Part shown: in pieces, positions 36,915 to 46,971 of the stretch
Position numbering within the stretch: the first letter of the stretch is position 1
Layout: every line of letters begins with the position of its first letter
NCBI GenBank assembly: GCA_050012475.1
Contig: JBEKHC010000001.1
Coordinates: forward strand, 1-64,000
From: Candidatus Velthaea sp.
GTDB lineage: Bacteria; Vulcanimicrobiota; Vulcanimicrobiia; Vulcanimicrobiales; Vulcanimicrobiaceae
DNA length: 64,000 bases
Reading direction: 5' to 3'
Translations under genes and position numbers: made by a program
Notes under the pieces: model-generated
What the model was told of the DNA's origin: nothing
Seen by the model: only the letters and a program-made list of their open reading frames with translations
Databases searched by the model: none

Positions 36915-39797
36915 TCAGCGCCCGGTGTGAAGCCGGATCTGGACGCGAACCGTGCGTGCCGGTGCTGAAACGAGCGTGGGAACGTATGACGTCTGGCTGC
37001 CCGTCGACGTATTTGCGACCAGCGGCGCGCCCGCGTTGGGCGACGCGAGATACGACGCGTTGCTGTAGACGTTGGTGTTGAGCAGGTTCTCGACGCCCAC
37101 GAGCATCTCGACCGAGGACGTCACGGGAGCACGGAAGGTGAAGTCGACCAGCGCGAACGGCGGCTGAAAATAACTGTTGTTCTTGCCTTCGTACTCGACG
37201 CCCAGGCCCAGGAACGACCCGCCGCGCGTCGTGTAGTTGATCTGACCGTAACCTTTGAGATAGGGCAGACAGGTCGCGATGCCGGGCGCCGCCACGCCGT
37301 TGCCGCAGATCTGGACGCCGTTGGCGGGAACGTTCGCTACGAACGGCCCGATGCCCAGCGGCACGCCGTCGAGGATCGAGCGGTTTGCTGCGACGGCAGC
37401 ATTGAGGCCGAAACCGGTGCGCGGCGCATACGAATACCGCAACGTGGCGAGTTCGGTGCGCAGCCGCCCAACGTTGATCGGGGTGAAGATGCCCTCGAGG
37501 CCGCCGCCGGCGATCGTCGCGCTGCTCGTGAGCTGTTCAAACACGTTGTGAATGACGCCGTCCTGCAGATCGAGGCTGAGCACGGAGCTGTTCCCGAAAC
37601 GCTTATCGGCGCCGATATTGTACGACGTGCTCACCTCGGGTTCGAGGTTCGGATTCTTCTGTGTCAGCGTTCCGCCCGAAGCGAAGGGCGGTCCGAGCGA
37701 CGCCGCCGGCTGTTCGTACGTTGCCAGACCGCTGACTTGGCCGACGAACGGGAACGTCGCCGAGCTGCCGACCGCAGCGCGGTACGAAACATCGCCCGTC
37801 GGACGGAACGTCAACGCGAAATGGGGATCGAAACGCGAAACGCTGCGGTCGAGTCCCGTCAAGCTGGTATCGGTCGGCGAGTTCGGATGCAGGCGCTGCA
37901 CGCCGGCGACTTTCCAGAGTGTATCGTACAGGCCGATGTTCACCCCGACGTTCTTGAACGGCGCCAGCGCGCTGGTCAGCGAGAACGTCGAGAAGCGATC
38001 GGTCGAGAATGGGACGGAGATGTCGGCCGGCGAGTTGATGTAGGCGAACGTGCTTTCGCCGTGATAGTCGTACGAGAGATTGACTAAGTTGTTGCCGAAC
38101 GGATGCAGAATCGAAAACGTGGTGCCGTAGAGTTTATCCTGCTCGTACGTTTGATACGCCGAGTTGAAGCATTCGATTTGCCCGTTCTTGATGACCGTGG
38201 CCCCCGAGGGACTCGTCAAGTTTCCGAAGATATCGTTGCAGGCCGTGGTGAACGCGGCGAGCGCCGCGGGATTGGTCGCCGCCCCGACCGGCGAGAAGAA
38301 GGCCGGATACGATGCTTGCGTATCGCCGCCGGTGATGACCTCCGGTTCGATGTCGCCGATATACGGCCGGATCAGCAGCGTGTTGTTGCCCAGCGTCGTG
38401 CGCAGCTGCGCATCGTACAGCCATTGGTTGTTGTAGACCGACGATCCGGTATACCAGCCGTAGGCGTTGATGGTCTTGCCGATCAGACTCGCGTTGGTGG
38501 GGTTGGTGCACTTATTGGGACTGTCGGCGTCCGTTGCGCTCGATGCGGGAAGACACGGCAGGATCGTCGTCGCGCCCAGATACGTGCCCCAGGCAGTGCC
38601 CTGCGGCTGATAGCCGCCCCACGCGCCGGTAAAACCGACGTCGAACGACGTTGCCGCCGAAAAGTTATAACGCGCTTTGAGCAATTCGCCTTTGCTGAAG
38701 AACGAGCCGCTCGCATCGCCGCAATACTGGATGACGCCGGTGTTGCCGGGGACGTTGTCGTTGGCGCCCCCGAAGCTCGGCGTGACGACGCACTTGTTCG
38801 TTTGGTAGTACGGTCCGTTGATGCTGCTGACACCGGCTCCGGCGACGACTTGCAGCTTGGCCGCTGAGCCGGTCACCAGAAAATTCGAATACTGCGACTG
38901 ATAGTTGTCGATGCCGTAGGTGATCTCGGCCGTTGGACGCGTGGTGAAGTTCGGGGTGAGGATGTTGACGGTGCCGCCGACGGCGATGTTGGCGAACGGC
39001 GTGGTGTTACCCGGACCGGACTGCGTCTCGAGCCCGCCGATGAGATACGACGGAAAATACTGGCTCGTCCAGACGCCGTACTGCCCCAGCGCGAGCGGGT
39101 GGCCGTCGATGAGCACCTGCGTCTCGTAGGGCTGAACGCCGCCGAGCACGATCGACACGTCCGGTTGACTGCCCATGTGCTGCAAGGTGACGTCGGGGAC
39201 GCGCTCGAGCACGTTGTTGATCTGCGGGTTGGCGACGTTGGCGAAGGCCTGCGCCGGCACGAACGACGACGATGCGGCGCCGGTGTTGATCGCGCTTCCG
39301 CCGCCGCGCGACGTCGCCGAAACCGAGCCGATCGTCCGCAGCGACGAAAGGTTGAGGACGTTGAGCGTCACGGCAACCGGCACGGTCGTGCCGCCGACCG
39401 CGACGATGTTCGACAGGACCGCGGGATTGTAGCCTGATTGCCGCACGGTGAGCGTGTAGATGCCTTGCGGGACGGTCAGCGTGAACGCACCGTTCGCATC
39501 GGTCGTCGCGCTCGACGTCGCCGGTCCGCTGAGCCTCACGCTGGCGCCGGAGACCGGAAGCCCGGTTCCGCTGCGGACCGAGCCCTGCAGCACGGTGTTG
39601 GTGGCTTCGGCAGCGGCGGCCGGAGCCGGAGGCGCACTTTGGGCTGGTGCCGGTGCCGTCGGCACGGGAGCTGTCTGAGCGGCCGCGCCGCTCGTCACCG
39701 ATGCGGCACTAAGAAGTGCAAAGGCGGCTCTACGCAAGCCGTCCCGGAGACCCAAGAACCCCATAGAACTCCTACTCGCGGATTGCCGGCGCTCCAT
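36915..39797 (-). CDS. TonB-dependent receptor with N-terminal carboxypeptidase-regulatory-like domain
   Basis: Signal peptide, QVLIDGHP plug motif, GGTVNILT, NPNLEPE, GVENLLN. Confidence 0.88.
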   Translation of the reverse strand: MERRQSASRSSMGFLGLRDGLRRAAFALLSAASVTSGAAAQTAPVPTAPAPAQSAPPAPAAAAEATNTVLQGSVRSGTGLPVSGASVRLSGPATSSATTDANGAFTLTVPQGIYTLTVRQSGYNPAVLSNIVAVGGTTVPVAVTLNVLNLSSLRTIGSVSATSRGGGSAINTGAASSSFVPAQAFANVANPQINNVLERVPDVTLQHMGSQPDVSIVLGGVQPYETQVLIDGHPLALGQYGVWTSQYFPSYLIGGLETQSGPGNTTPFANIAVGGTVNILTPNFTTRPTAEITYGIDNYQSQYSNFLVTGSAAKLQVVAGAGVSSINGPYYQTNKCVVTPSFGGANDNVPGNTGVIQYCGDASGSFFSKGELLKARYNFSAATSFDVGFTGAWGGYQPQGTAWGTYLGATTILPCLPASSATDADSPNKCTNPTNASLIGKTINAYGWYTGSSVYNNQWLYDAQLRTTLGNNTLLIRPYIGDIEPEVITGGDTQASYPAFFSPVGAATNPAALAAFTTACNDIFGNLTSPSGATVIKNGQIECFNSAYQTYEQDKLYGTTFSILHPFGNNLVNLSYDYHGESTFAYINSPADISVPFSTDRFSTFSLTSALAPFKNVGVNIGLYDTLWKVAGVQRLHPNSPTDTSLTGLDRSVSRFDPHFALTFRPTGDVSYRAAVGSSATFPFVGQVSGLATYEQPAASLGPPFASGGTLTQKNPNLEPEVSTSYNIGADKRFGNSSVLSLDLQDGVIHNVFEQLTSSATIAGGGLEGIFTPINVGRLRTELATLRYSYAPRTGFGLNAAVAANRSILDGVPLGIGPFVANVPANGVQICGNGVAAPGIATCLPYLKGYGQINYTTRGGSFLGLGVEYEGKNNSYFQPPFALVDFTFRAPVTSSVEMLVGVENLLNTNVYSNASYLASPNAGAPLVANTSTGSQTSYVPTLVSAPARTVRVQIRLHTGR

Positions 39798-39963
39798 ACC
39801 GTCACGGCGAACGTGCGACTGCGCGCCGGCTACGTGGCGTCGTTAAGCATACGCGAGCGATCTTCTTTGGACAAACAGTGAACCGCCGGGAGAGCGGCGA
39901 GTCGCCTTGGTCGGCACCGGGCATTCGGTGGGTGATTGCTGGCGGACCTGCGAACATAGGGAT

Positions 39964-40230
39964 ATGTCGACGAGTCAAGAACAGCTCGCGGCCCCGCCGA
40001 TCGACGACCTGCTGGGCGAAACGGTCGCCACGTTGCTGTACGCCGCGGCGGCGTACCTCGAACCGCGCGATGCCGCGCAGGCGCCCGACCTCGGCTCCGC
40101 TGAATTGGCGGTCGACGTCGCCGGGCTCGCATTCGACCGAATAGCTCCCCGCCTCAGGCCAGATGCGCGCGGCGCGTTAACGGTGATGCTCACCGAGATG
40201 CGCCTGGCGATCGTTCGTAAGCGAGGTTGA
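39964..40230 (+). CDS. Small helical protein, DUF1844-like
   Basis: DL..A..AVD...L...L..L.EMRLAIV pattern. Confidence 0.55.
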   Translation: MSTSQEQLAAPPIDDLLGETVATLLYAAAAYLEPRDAAQAPDLGSAELAVDVAGLAFDRIAPRLRPDARGALTVMLTEMRLAIVRKRG

Positions 40231-40296
40231 TATGCCTCGCTTTTTTGCACCCCGCCTCCGTCCCGAGAACCTCGAAACCGCGACAGAAAGGGAAAC

Positions 40297-40830
40297 GTGT
40301 CTGACGTCCTCGTTCTGAACTTCACCTATGAAGCGTTGAACATCACCAGTTTTCAACGCGCGGTCAAGTTGATATTCTCCGGCAAGGCCGAGATCGTGCA
40401 CGGCCGCGAGCATATGCTGTCCTCGGCCCGCTTCGAGATGCGCATGCCCTCGATCATCCGGATGCTGTACTATATCCGGCGCCCGATGCAGAAGGTCGCG
40501 CTGACCAAGAAAAACATCTTGCTGCGCGACGACTACACCTGTCAGTACTGCGGCGTCAAAGGCGAGCGCATGATGACCGTCGATCACGTGCATCCGCGCA
40601 GCAAAGGCGGTCCGTCGACGTGGGAAAACCTCGTTTGCGCCTGCATGCGCTGCAACAACCGCAAGAACAACCGAACGCCCGAACACGCCAACATGGCGCT
40701 CAAGCGCAAACCGAAAACGCCCAAATACATCCCTTGGATCCGCGTCAAGCGCAACACGCTGCCGGGCGAGTGGCACAAGTTTCTGTTCCTCTACAACGTA
40801 AGCATCGACGACCGGGTGGAAGCCGGTTAG
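40297..40830 (+). CDS. HNH endonuclease (McrA-like standalone family)
   Basis: VLVLNFTYE, RDDYTCQYC, TVDHVHPRSKGG, NLVCACMRCNNRK. Confidence 0.92.
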   Translation: MSDVLVLNFTYEALNITSFQRAVKLIFSGKAEIVHGREHMLSSARFEMRMPSIIRMLYYIRRPMQKVALTKKNILLRDDYTCQYCGVKGERMMTVDHVHPRSKGGPSTWENLVCACMRCNNRKNNRTPEHANMALKRKPKTPKYIPWIRVKRNTLPGEWHKFLFLYNVSIDDRVEAG

Positions 40831-40888
40831 CCCCTCCGGTCCGCTTCGGCCGGCTTACTTGGTTGCCCGAAGTGCCGATATTGCTCTC

Positions 40889-41074
40889 ATGGACGCTTTC
40901 ATCACGGTGTCGGATGCCGCCGGACGGACCCTGTTCCGCCGGCCGGCGACCGCCGAAGAGGTCCACAACGCCGTTCTCGCGGCCCAAGCCGCCGAGATCG
41001 AAGCGCGGGCTGCGATGGAACGGATCGCGCGCGAGCGTGCGGCATGGGAACGCGATGAGGCCAAAACCACGTGA
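40889..41074 (+). CDS. Small hypothetical protein
   Basis: 61-aa helical ORF; stop overlaps the next start (GTGA). Confidence 0.5.
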   Translation: MDAFITVSDAAGRTLFRRPATAEEVHNAVLAAQAAEIEARAAMERIARERAAWERDEAKTT

Positions 41075-41433
41075 TGCCGCGCATCGAGCGGCACAGTGCG
41101 CCGCTCAGACGCGTCGCCCTCACGCGCCGCCGCAGAATTCTCACCTCGCTCGAGGACCGGCGCGATCCGGAACTCGCGCTGGCCTACTCAAACGGGTTCG
41201 TGACGGTCGAGATCTCGCAGGCGGCCCTCGACGCGTTCATCGAGCTGACCGGCGATGTACCGCTGCCGGTGGTATGCGATCCGCAGACCGGCGACCGCCG
41301 GGCCTACGACCCGCAGAATAAGGTCCGCGTCGTGTACGATGCCGCCGCAAACCTGCGCGAGATCTCGACGCGCGGCCGGGACGGAATATACGTCCGGATC
41401 AACTTCACCGGCGACGGCACCCGGGTCGCTTAG
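41071..41433 (+). CDS. Hypothetical protein
   Basis: 120-aa ORF with GC3-biased codons, convergent with bioY. Confidence 0.6.
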   Translation: MMPRIERHSAPLRRVALTRRRRILTSLEDRRDPELALAYSNGFVTVEISQAALDAFIELTGDVPLPVVCDPQTGDRRAYDPQNKVRVVYDAAANLREISTRGRDGIYVRINFTGDGTRVA

Positions 41434-41981
41434 AGGAGGCCGAGCCTCGCCGCGATTTTCGGCCAAACGGGCGCGAGGCCGGCGGCCAGCGCACACTTCA
41501 GCCCGTCGCCGATCATGAAGGGGAGGACGCCCACCGCGATCGCGTTCTGCGGCGTGAGATGAAAGATCGCCACGAGCCAGGCCACGCCGCCGGCAAACAC
41601 CAGCGACGTCCCGGCGAAGATGGCGACGAAGCGTGTGAGGTAGTTGCGGTCGAGGCCGCGCTCGAACAGCAGACCGATCGCGAAGGCCGCGACCGGGAAC
41701 GCCAACAGATAGCCGCCCGTGGCGCTCATGAGCGCGCCCGGGGCGAAAACGGGCAGGCCCAGTGCGCCTTCGGCGAGGTAGGTGAGGATCGCGAAGGTGG
41801 CAACGTTGCGCCCCAGCAGCGCAACCAGCAGCGGGATCGCCAAGGTTTGTCCCGTGATCGGGACCGGATACATCGGGAGGCTGAGCTTGGCGGCGAGCGC
41901 CATGAGCAGCGAGCCGCACAAAACCAGCAGTACCCGAATGCCGAGCGCGCGCGGAACCGGGGATGTCCGGGTGTACAACAT
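41430..41981 (-). CDS. bioY: Biotin transporter BioY
   Basis: PVPITGQT, YLAEGALGLPVF, TGGYLLAF, PFMIGDGLK. Confidence 0.92.
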   Translation of the reverse strand: MLYTRTSPVPRALGIRVLLVLCGSLLMALAAKLSLPMYPVPITGQTLAIPLLVALLGRNVATFAILTYLAEGALGLPVFAPGALMSATGGYLLAFPVAAFAIGLLFERGLDRNYLTRFVAIFAGTSLVFAGGVAWLVAIFHLTPQNAIAVGVLPFMIGDGLKCALAAGLAPVWPKIAARLGLL

Positions 41982-42030
41982 AACCGTCGGGGCTTCCGGT
42001 TTTCGAGTGCATCCCCTGCGCACCGTTCCG

Positions 42031-42039
42031 TGCTATAAT
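42031..42039 (+). promoter_or_regulatory. Extended -10 promoter
   Basis: TGCTATAAT, 10 nt before GTG 42050; no SD. Confidence 0.75.
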
Positions 42040-42049
42040 CGCGCCCGTT

Positions 42050-43570
42050 GTGATCGTTCGCGAACCGGTCATCGTCCCGGGCTACAAGCTCGATCAGACG
42101 CGCACACCGTACTTCCAGGTCCTGCTCGACTACGTGGACGCGGGCGTCATCCCGTTCCACACCCCTGGTCACAAGCAGGGCATCGGGATGGATCGTGCGT
42201 TTCGCGACTTCGTCGGCGACAACGTGCTTGCCATCGATCTCACCCAGATCCGCGGACTCGACGACCTGCTGCAGCCGGAGGGGCCGCTGGTCGAGGCGCA
42301 GGAGCTGGCTGCGGAGTGTTTCGGCGCCGAACACACCTTCTTTTTGATCAACGGCTCGACCAGCGGCAACCAGTGCATGATGATGGCGGCGCTCAACCCG
42401 GGCGACCGCATCCTGCTGCCGCGCAACTCGCACAAGTCGGCGATGGGCGGACTCATCATGAGCGGCGCCTATCCGGTTTGGATGCAGCCCGAAGTCGATG
42501 AGTCGCTGCACATGGATCATACCGTCACGCCGCAATGCGTGCGTGCCGCACTCGAAGAGCATGCCGGCATCGCTTGCGTGTACATCGTTTCGCCGACGTA
42601 CTACGGCGTCGCCGCCGATATCGCCGGGATCGCCGACGTCGCCCACGAGTATGGCATTCCGCTGCTCGTCGACGAGGCCTGGGGGCCGCATTTCCACTTT
42701 CATCCGGCGCTGCCCAAGTCCGCGATGCAAGCGGGAGCCGACATGTGCATCAACTCGACGCACAAGATGCTCGGGTCGCTCTCGCAAACCGCGATGCTGC
42801 ACGTTCAAGGCGAGCGGATCAAGCTCGATCGGCTCAAGGCCGTCTACAAACTGTTCCTGTCGACCTCGCCGAACCTGGTGCTCGTCGCTTCGCTCGACGT
42901 TGCCCGCCGCCAGATGGCGCTCGAAGGCCCGGCGCTGCTGTCGCGGACGATCGAGATCTCGAACGATACGCGCCGGCGGCTCAACGCGATCCCCGGCATC
43001 TACTGCTTCGGCGACGAGCTCGAAGGACGTCCGGGCGTGTTCGATCTCGACCCCACCAAGGTCACGATCACGGTCAAGAATCTCGGCTACACCGGGTACG
43101 AGGCCGAAGAGATTCTCCGCCGGCGCTACAACGTCCAGTGCGAGCTGGCCGATCTGTTCAATACGCTGGCGCTCTTCACGATCGGGACCACGGTCGACGC
43201 CGCCGACGAGCTGGTGTACGCGGTGCGTGAGCTCGCCCGCGAAGACCGTCCCGTCGACATCTTCTCGCCGTCGGGCGTCTTGGAACGCCGGGTCAAAACC
43301 GGAACGTACCACCTGCCGCGGATTCCGCCGATCCGGCTGCTGCCGCGCGAAGCGTTCCTCTCGCCGACCGAATTCGTGCCGTTCAAGAAAAGCGCCGGCC
43401 GCATCTGCGCCGAGGTGATCACGCCGTATCCGCCCGGCATTCCGGTCATCTCGCCGGGCGAAGAGATCACGCGCGAGATCATCGACTATCTCGATTTGGA
43501 AAAAAAAGCCGGCGTCAAGATGCAGGGCCCCTACGATTCCGACCTGCGCAAGATTCGCGTCGTCCTGTAG
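42050..43570 (+). CDS. Orn/Lys/Arg decarboxylase (fold type I PLP; B. subtilis SpeA-like)
   Basis: FHTPGHK, NGSTSG, RNSHKS, SPTYYG, VDEAWG, STHK, PYPPGIP. Confidence 0.92.
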   Translation: MIVREPVIVPGYKLDQTRTPYFQVLLDYVDAGVIPFHTPGHKQGIGMDRAFRDFVGDNVLAIDLTQIRGLDDLLQPEGPLVEAQELAAECFGAEHTFFLINGSTSGNQCMMMAALNPGDRILLPRNSHKSAMGGLIMSGAYPVWMQPEVDESLHMDHTVTPQCVRAALEEHAGIACVYIVSPTYYGVAADIAGIADVAHEYGIPLLVDEAWGPHFHFHPALPKSAMQAGADMCINSTHKMLGSLSQTAMLHVQGERIKLDRLKAVYKLFLSTSPNLVLVASLDVARRQMALEGPALLSRTIEISNDTRRRLNAIPGIYCFGDELEGRPGVFDLDPTKVTITVKNLGYTGYEAEEILRRRYNVQCELADLFNTLALFTIGTTVDAADELVYAVRELAREDRPVDIFSPSGVLERRVKTGTYHLPRIPPIRLLPREAFLSPTEFVPFKKSAGRICAEVITPYPPGIPVISPGEEITREIIDYLDLEKKAGVKMQGPYDSDLRKIRVVL

Positions 43571-43585
43571 CAAACGAGTGCAACG

Positions 43586-43628
43586 AAAAAGAGACGAGCC
43601 GCCGGTTTCCCGGCGGCTCGTCTCTTTG
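43586..43628. terminator. Bidirectional intrinsic terminator
   Basis: AAAGAGACGAGCCGCCGG-TTTC-CCGGCGGCTCGTCTCTTT between convergent genes. Confidence 0.9.
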
Positions 43629-43646
43629 TGAAGAACGTGACGAACG

Positions 43647-45041
43647 TTAACGAGCTTCGGTTGTGATCCGAGTCCCGTTCGCATTGGGAATGACGAGCGG
43701 CATTGGATCGATCCCGTGGATCGCAAGGTCGCCGCCTTCGACATCGCCGTCGCTGGCACGCAGCGGGACGATGAACGAAACGATTTTCAGAACGATGAAG
43801 GTGGCGATCGCATCGTAGATGATGATGAACGCCGCCGCGACGAGCTGGAAGCCGAGCTGTTTGAAGCCTTGGCCGTACATCAGCCCGCCCACCGAGAATG
43901 CCGGAGTCTTCTTTTCGTTCGTGCTGAGATACTCGATCATCGCGGGATTGCCCATCACGCCGACCATCAGGCCGCCGATCAGACCGGCAACGCCGTGAGT
44001 GTGCAGCACGCCGAACGTATCGTCAACCTTGCGCAGCAGTGCGGTATTGCCGATGATGTTCAAGCTGAACCAAGCGATGCCGCCGGCGACGAGGCCGACC
44101 ACGATCGCACCAAAGCCGTCGACGAAGCCGGCGCCCGGCGTGATCGCGACGAGCCCGACGATCATGCCGTTGATCATCGAAACCGCGTTGACTTTCTTGG
44201 TGACGAACATATCGAGGATGAGCCAGACGAGCAGCGACATCGCCGTGCAGACGTTGGTATTGAGCACGGCTGCGCCCGCGTCGGCGTTGGCAGTATACGG
44301 ATCGCCGCCGTTGAAGCCGTTCCAGCCCAGCCACAGGATGCCGGCGCCGGCGAGCGCCATGATCAAGTTATTCGGCTCGAAATCTTTGCGGTCCGAAAGC
44401 GAACGCGCACCGACCATCGCCGCCGAGACGAAGCCCGAAACACCGGCTGCCAGATGGATGACGTACCCACCCGAATAGTCGACCGCGCCCAATTGCGCGA
44501 GCCAGCCGCCGCCCCAAATCGAGAAGCAGCCGACGGAGTAAACGCAGAGGCTCCACAACGGAACGAAGATCATCCACGCTTTAAAGTTCATCCGCCCGAG
44601 CACAGAGCCCGCGATCAAAATCGGCGTGATCGCCGCAAAGACGAACTGAAAGTAAATCATCGCCGCGCCGGGCATGCGAAGATCCGGCAGCGATGCTGCT
44701 GCTGCGGGAATGTTCGCCTGACCGATCAGCGCATCAGGAGTAAGCGCCCAGTGGGGAAGACCCAAGAATTGGTTTCCGGCAATTGCTAACCACGGATTGC
44801 CGAACGACATGTTATAGCCTAACAGAACCCACGCCAGCAACACGATCGAAAATGCGTAGAAGCACATTACGGCCGAGTTGAGCGCCCACTTTTTCTTTAC
44901 GAGCCCCGCATACAGAATAGCGAGACCCGGGATGCTTTGCAGCCCGACAAACGTTCCGGCGGTTAATTGCCACGCCGTGTCCCCCGAATTTAGAAACGGC
45001 GGCGCCGGTATGAGCGGATTAACATCCGCGAGAAAAAACAA
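43647..45041 (-). CDS. amtB: Ammonium transporter
   Basis: GDTAWQL, FQFVFAAIT, DYSGGYVIH, WLGWNGFNGG, GLVAITP, DDTFGVLHTH. TTG start after GAGGGGG. Confidence 0.95.
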   Translation of the reverse strand: MFFLADVNPLIPAPPFLNSGDTAWQLTAGTFVGLQSIPGLAILYAGLVKKKWALNSAVMCFYAFSIVLLAWVLLGYNMSFGNPWLAIAGNQFLGLPHWALTPDALIGQANIPAAAASLPDLRMPGAAMIYFQFVFAAITPILIAGSVLGRMNFKAWMIFVPLWSLCVYSVGCFSIWGGGWLAQLGAVDYSGGYVIHLAAGVSGFVSAAMVGARSLSDRKDFEPNNLIMALAGAGILWLGWNGFNGGDPYTANADAGAAVLNTNVCTAMSLLVWLILDMFVTKKVNAVSMINGMIVGLVAITPGAGFVDGFGAIVVGLVAGGIAWFSLNIIGNTALLRKVDDTFGVLHTHGVAGLIGGLMVGVMGNPAMIEYLSTNEKKTPAFSVGGLMYGQGFKQLGFQLVAAAFIIIYDAIATFIVLKIVSFIVPLRASDGDVEGGDLAIHGIDPMPLVIPNANGTRITTEAR

Positions 45042-45382
45042 GAGATAGACCCCCTCGCAAAGCCACGTGAGGCCTCTAGGATAGCCCTTCCCCGCCAAGC
45101 ATAGCATTCGACAAGCGCGTAACGAATCGGCGAAAGCCCGTTCTATACGTATATATTACGAATGTACGAACAGGGTAATTCGCGCGGTAGCGCAAGCGTG
45201 CTGGATTTCCTGCTTCCCCAATAGTCCTGAAATTGTTTCCCAATTATACCCGATTTTCACCGCTTTTGATCCAACCGCCGTCCACGGCGCGAAAAGGGCT
45301 GCCACATTGGGCTAAGGAAGGCTGTGTTCCGTCGCAGAACCGCGACGGTGTCTGCGAACAACAGACAAAAAGAGGATGGAGA

Positions 45383-46966
45383 TTGGCTGTCAACGCCGAG
45401 TCCTTCGCACCGAACCGGGAGCTGACGCAGCTCCTCGACATTTTCCCCCTCCCGTTGCGCCAGGCGCTGGTTCGCCTGCCGAATATCGTGAGCGTCATCG
45501 AAGTGATCCTCGACCTGGGCCGGCCGCCCGAGGCGCGGTTCGAAGACGACTTCGTGTTTCTCTCCGATCACCCGGTCACGCACGAGGATATCGCGCACGT
45601 CGTCTCCCGGCTGTCGCCCTTCGGCGCCGATAACCGGGCCGGCATCGAAAAAACGCTGCATCGCATCAGCGCGATCAAGAACCGGACCGGGAAGATCGTC
45701 GGACTGACGTGCCGCGTGGGCCGGGCCGTCTACGGTACGATCGATATCATCCTCGACGTCATCCGCAGCGGGAAGTCGATTTGCCTGCTCGGACGTCCGG
45801 GCGTGGGCAAGACGACGATGCTGCGCGAGTGCGCGCGCGTGCTCAGCGAAGATCGCAAACGCGTCGTCATCGTCGACACGTCGAACGAAATCGCCGGCGA
45901 CGGCGACGTGCCGCACCCCGGCATCGGGCATGCGCGGCGCATGCCGGTCGCGGATCCGGCGCTGCAGCACAACGTGATGATCGAAGCGGTCGAAAACCAC
46001 ATGCCGCAGGTCATCGTCATCGACGAAATCGGCACCGAAGCCGAAGCGTTGGCGGCGCGGACGATCGCCGAGCGCGGCGTTCAGCTCATCGGCACCGCGC
46101 ACGGCCAAACCCTCGAGAATCTGCTGATGAACCCGACGCTGTCGGACCTCATGGGGGGCATCAGCGCGGTCACGCTTTCCGATGAAGAAGCGCGCCGCCG
46201 CGGCACGCGCAAGACGGTGCTCGAGCGCAAGGCGCCGCCGACGTTCGACGTGCTGATCGAGATCCAGGATCGCGACCGGCTGGCCATCCACACCAACGTC
46301 GGGGACGTGGTCGACGCACTGTTGCGCGGCTATACCCCGCAGCCCGAAGTTCGCCAGCGCATGCCCGGCGGCGCGGTGTCGGTCGTTCAGGAGGCGAATG
46401 CCGAAGCGCTGGCGATCAGCAAGCCGCGCGATACGCGGCCGCAGCAACAGCGCGAAGACGAACTGCTCTTCGGCACCAACGCCGCCACCGGCGACGATCA
46501 CGACAAGCCGTTGCTCATCTTTCCCTACGGCGTTTCACGCAACAAGATCGAACGCGCCGTCCACAATCTGCGCGTCAACGCGTCGATCGCGCGCAAATGG
46601 GACGATGCCGATGTGGTGCTGACCCTCAAGACGCTGGAACGCAAGGAATCGGAGCGGCTCAAAACCATCGCCGCCGAGAACATTCCGATCTATTCGATCA
46701 AGACCAATACCACGACCCAGATTCAAACCGCGCTCAAAGACGTCTTCGATCTGCCGACGATCGACAACGAAGAGATCGCGATGCGCGAAGCCGAAGAAGC
46801 GGTCTACCAAGTCTTGCTCGACAGCCACGCGATCGAGCTGACGCCGCAATCGTCGTACATCCGGCGCATGCAGCACCAAGTCGCGGAAAAATACCGCCTG
46901 CAATCGCGCAGCACCGGCTTGGAACCCAATCGGCGCGTCCAGATCTTCCGCGGCGCCGAAGTTTAG
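45383..46966 (+). CDS. Ycf45/SpoIIIAA-like AAA ATPase with C-terminal R3H domain
   Basis: GRPGVGKTT, VDTSNEIAGDGD, EAVENHMP, IDEIG, RRMQH. Confidence 0.9.
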   Translation: MAVNAESFAPNRELTQLLDIFPLPLRQALVRLPNIVSVIEVILDLGRPPEARFEDDFVFLSDHPVTHEDIAHVVSRLSPFGADNRAGIEKTLHRISAIKNRTGKIVGLTCRVGRAVYGTIDIILDVIRSGKSICLLGRPGVGKTTMLRECARVLSEDRKRVVIVDTSNEIAGDGDVPHPGIGHARRMPVADPALQHNVMIEAVENHMPQVIVIDEIGTEAEALAARTIAERGVQLIGTAHGQTLENLLMNPTLSDLMGGISAVTLSDEEARRRGTRKTVLERKAPPTFDVLIEIQDRDRLAIHTNVGDVVDALLRGYTPQPEVRQRMPGGAVSVVQEANAEALAISKPRDTRPQQQREDELLFGTNAATGDDHDKPLLIFPYGVSRNKIERAVHNLRVNASIARKWDDADVVLTLKTLERKESERLKTIAAENIPIYSIKTNTTTQIQTALKDVFDLPTIDNEEIAMREAEEAVYQVLLDSHAIELTPQSSYIRRMQHQVAEKYRLQSRSTGLEPNRRVQIFRGAEV

Positions 46967-46971
46967 CGAGG

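Noticed and set aside
39800..39960. Cobalamin riboswitch upstream of the TBDR
   Set aside because: No B12-box or GGGAA/GCCACTG elements visible.
40297..40830. HNH gene as a mobile homing or OMEGA nuclease
   Set aside because: Standalone McrA-like type with no RuvC segments, no flanking intron or transposon ends, and core-like context.
41726..43759. Long antisense or alternate-frame ORFs (41726-43759, 59934-61703, 12655-14100 and many Arg/Ala-rich ORFs)
   Set aside because: Shadow ORFs of high-GC genes, with no motifs and overlapping well-supported CDSs.
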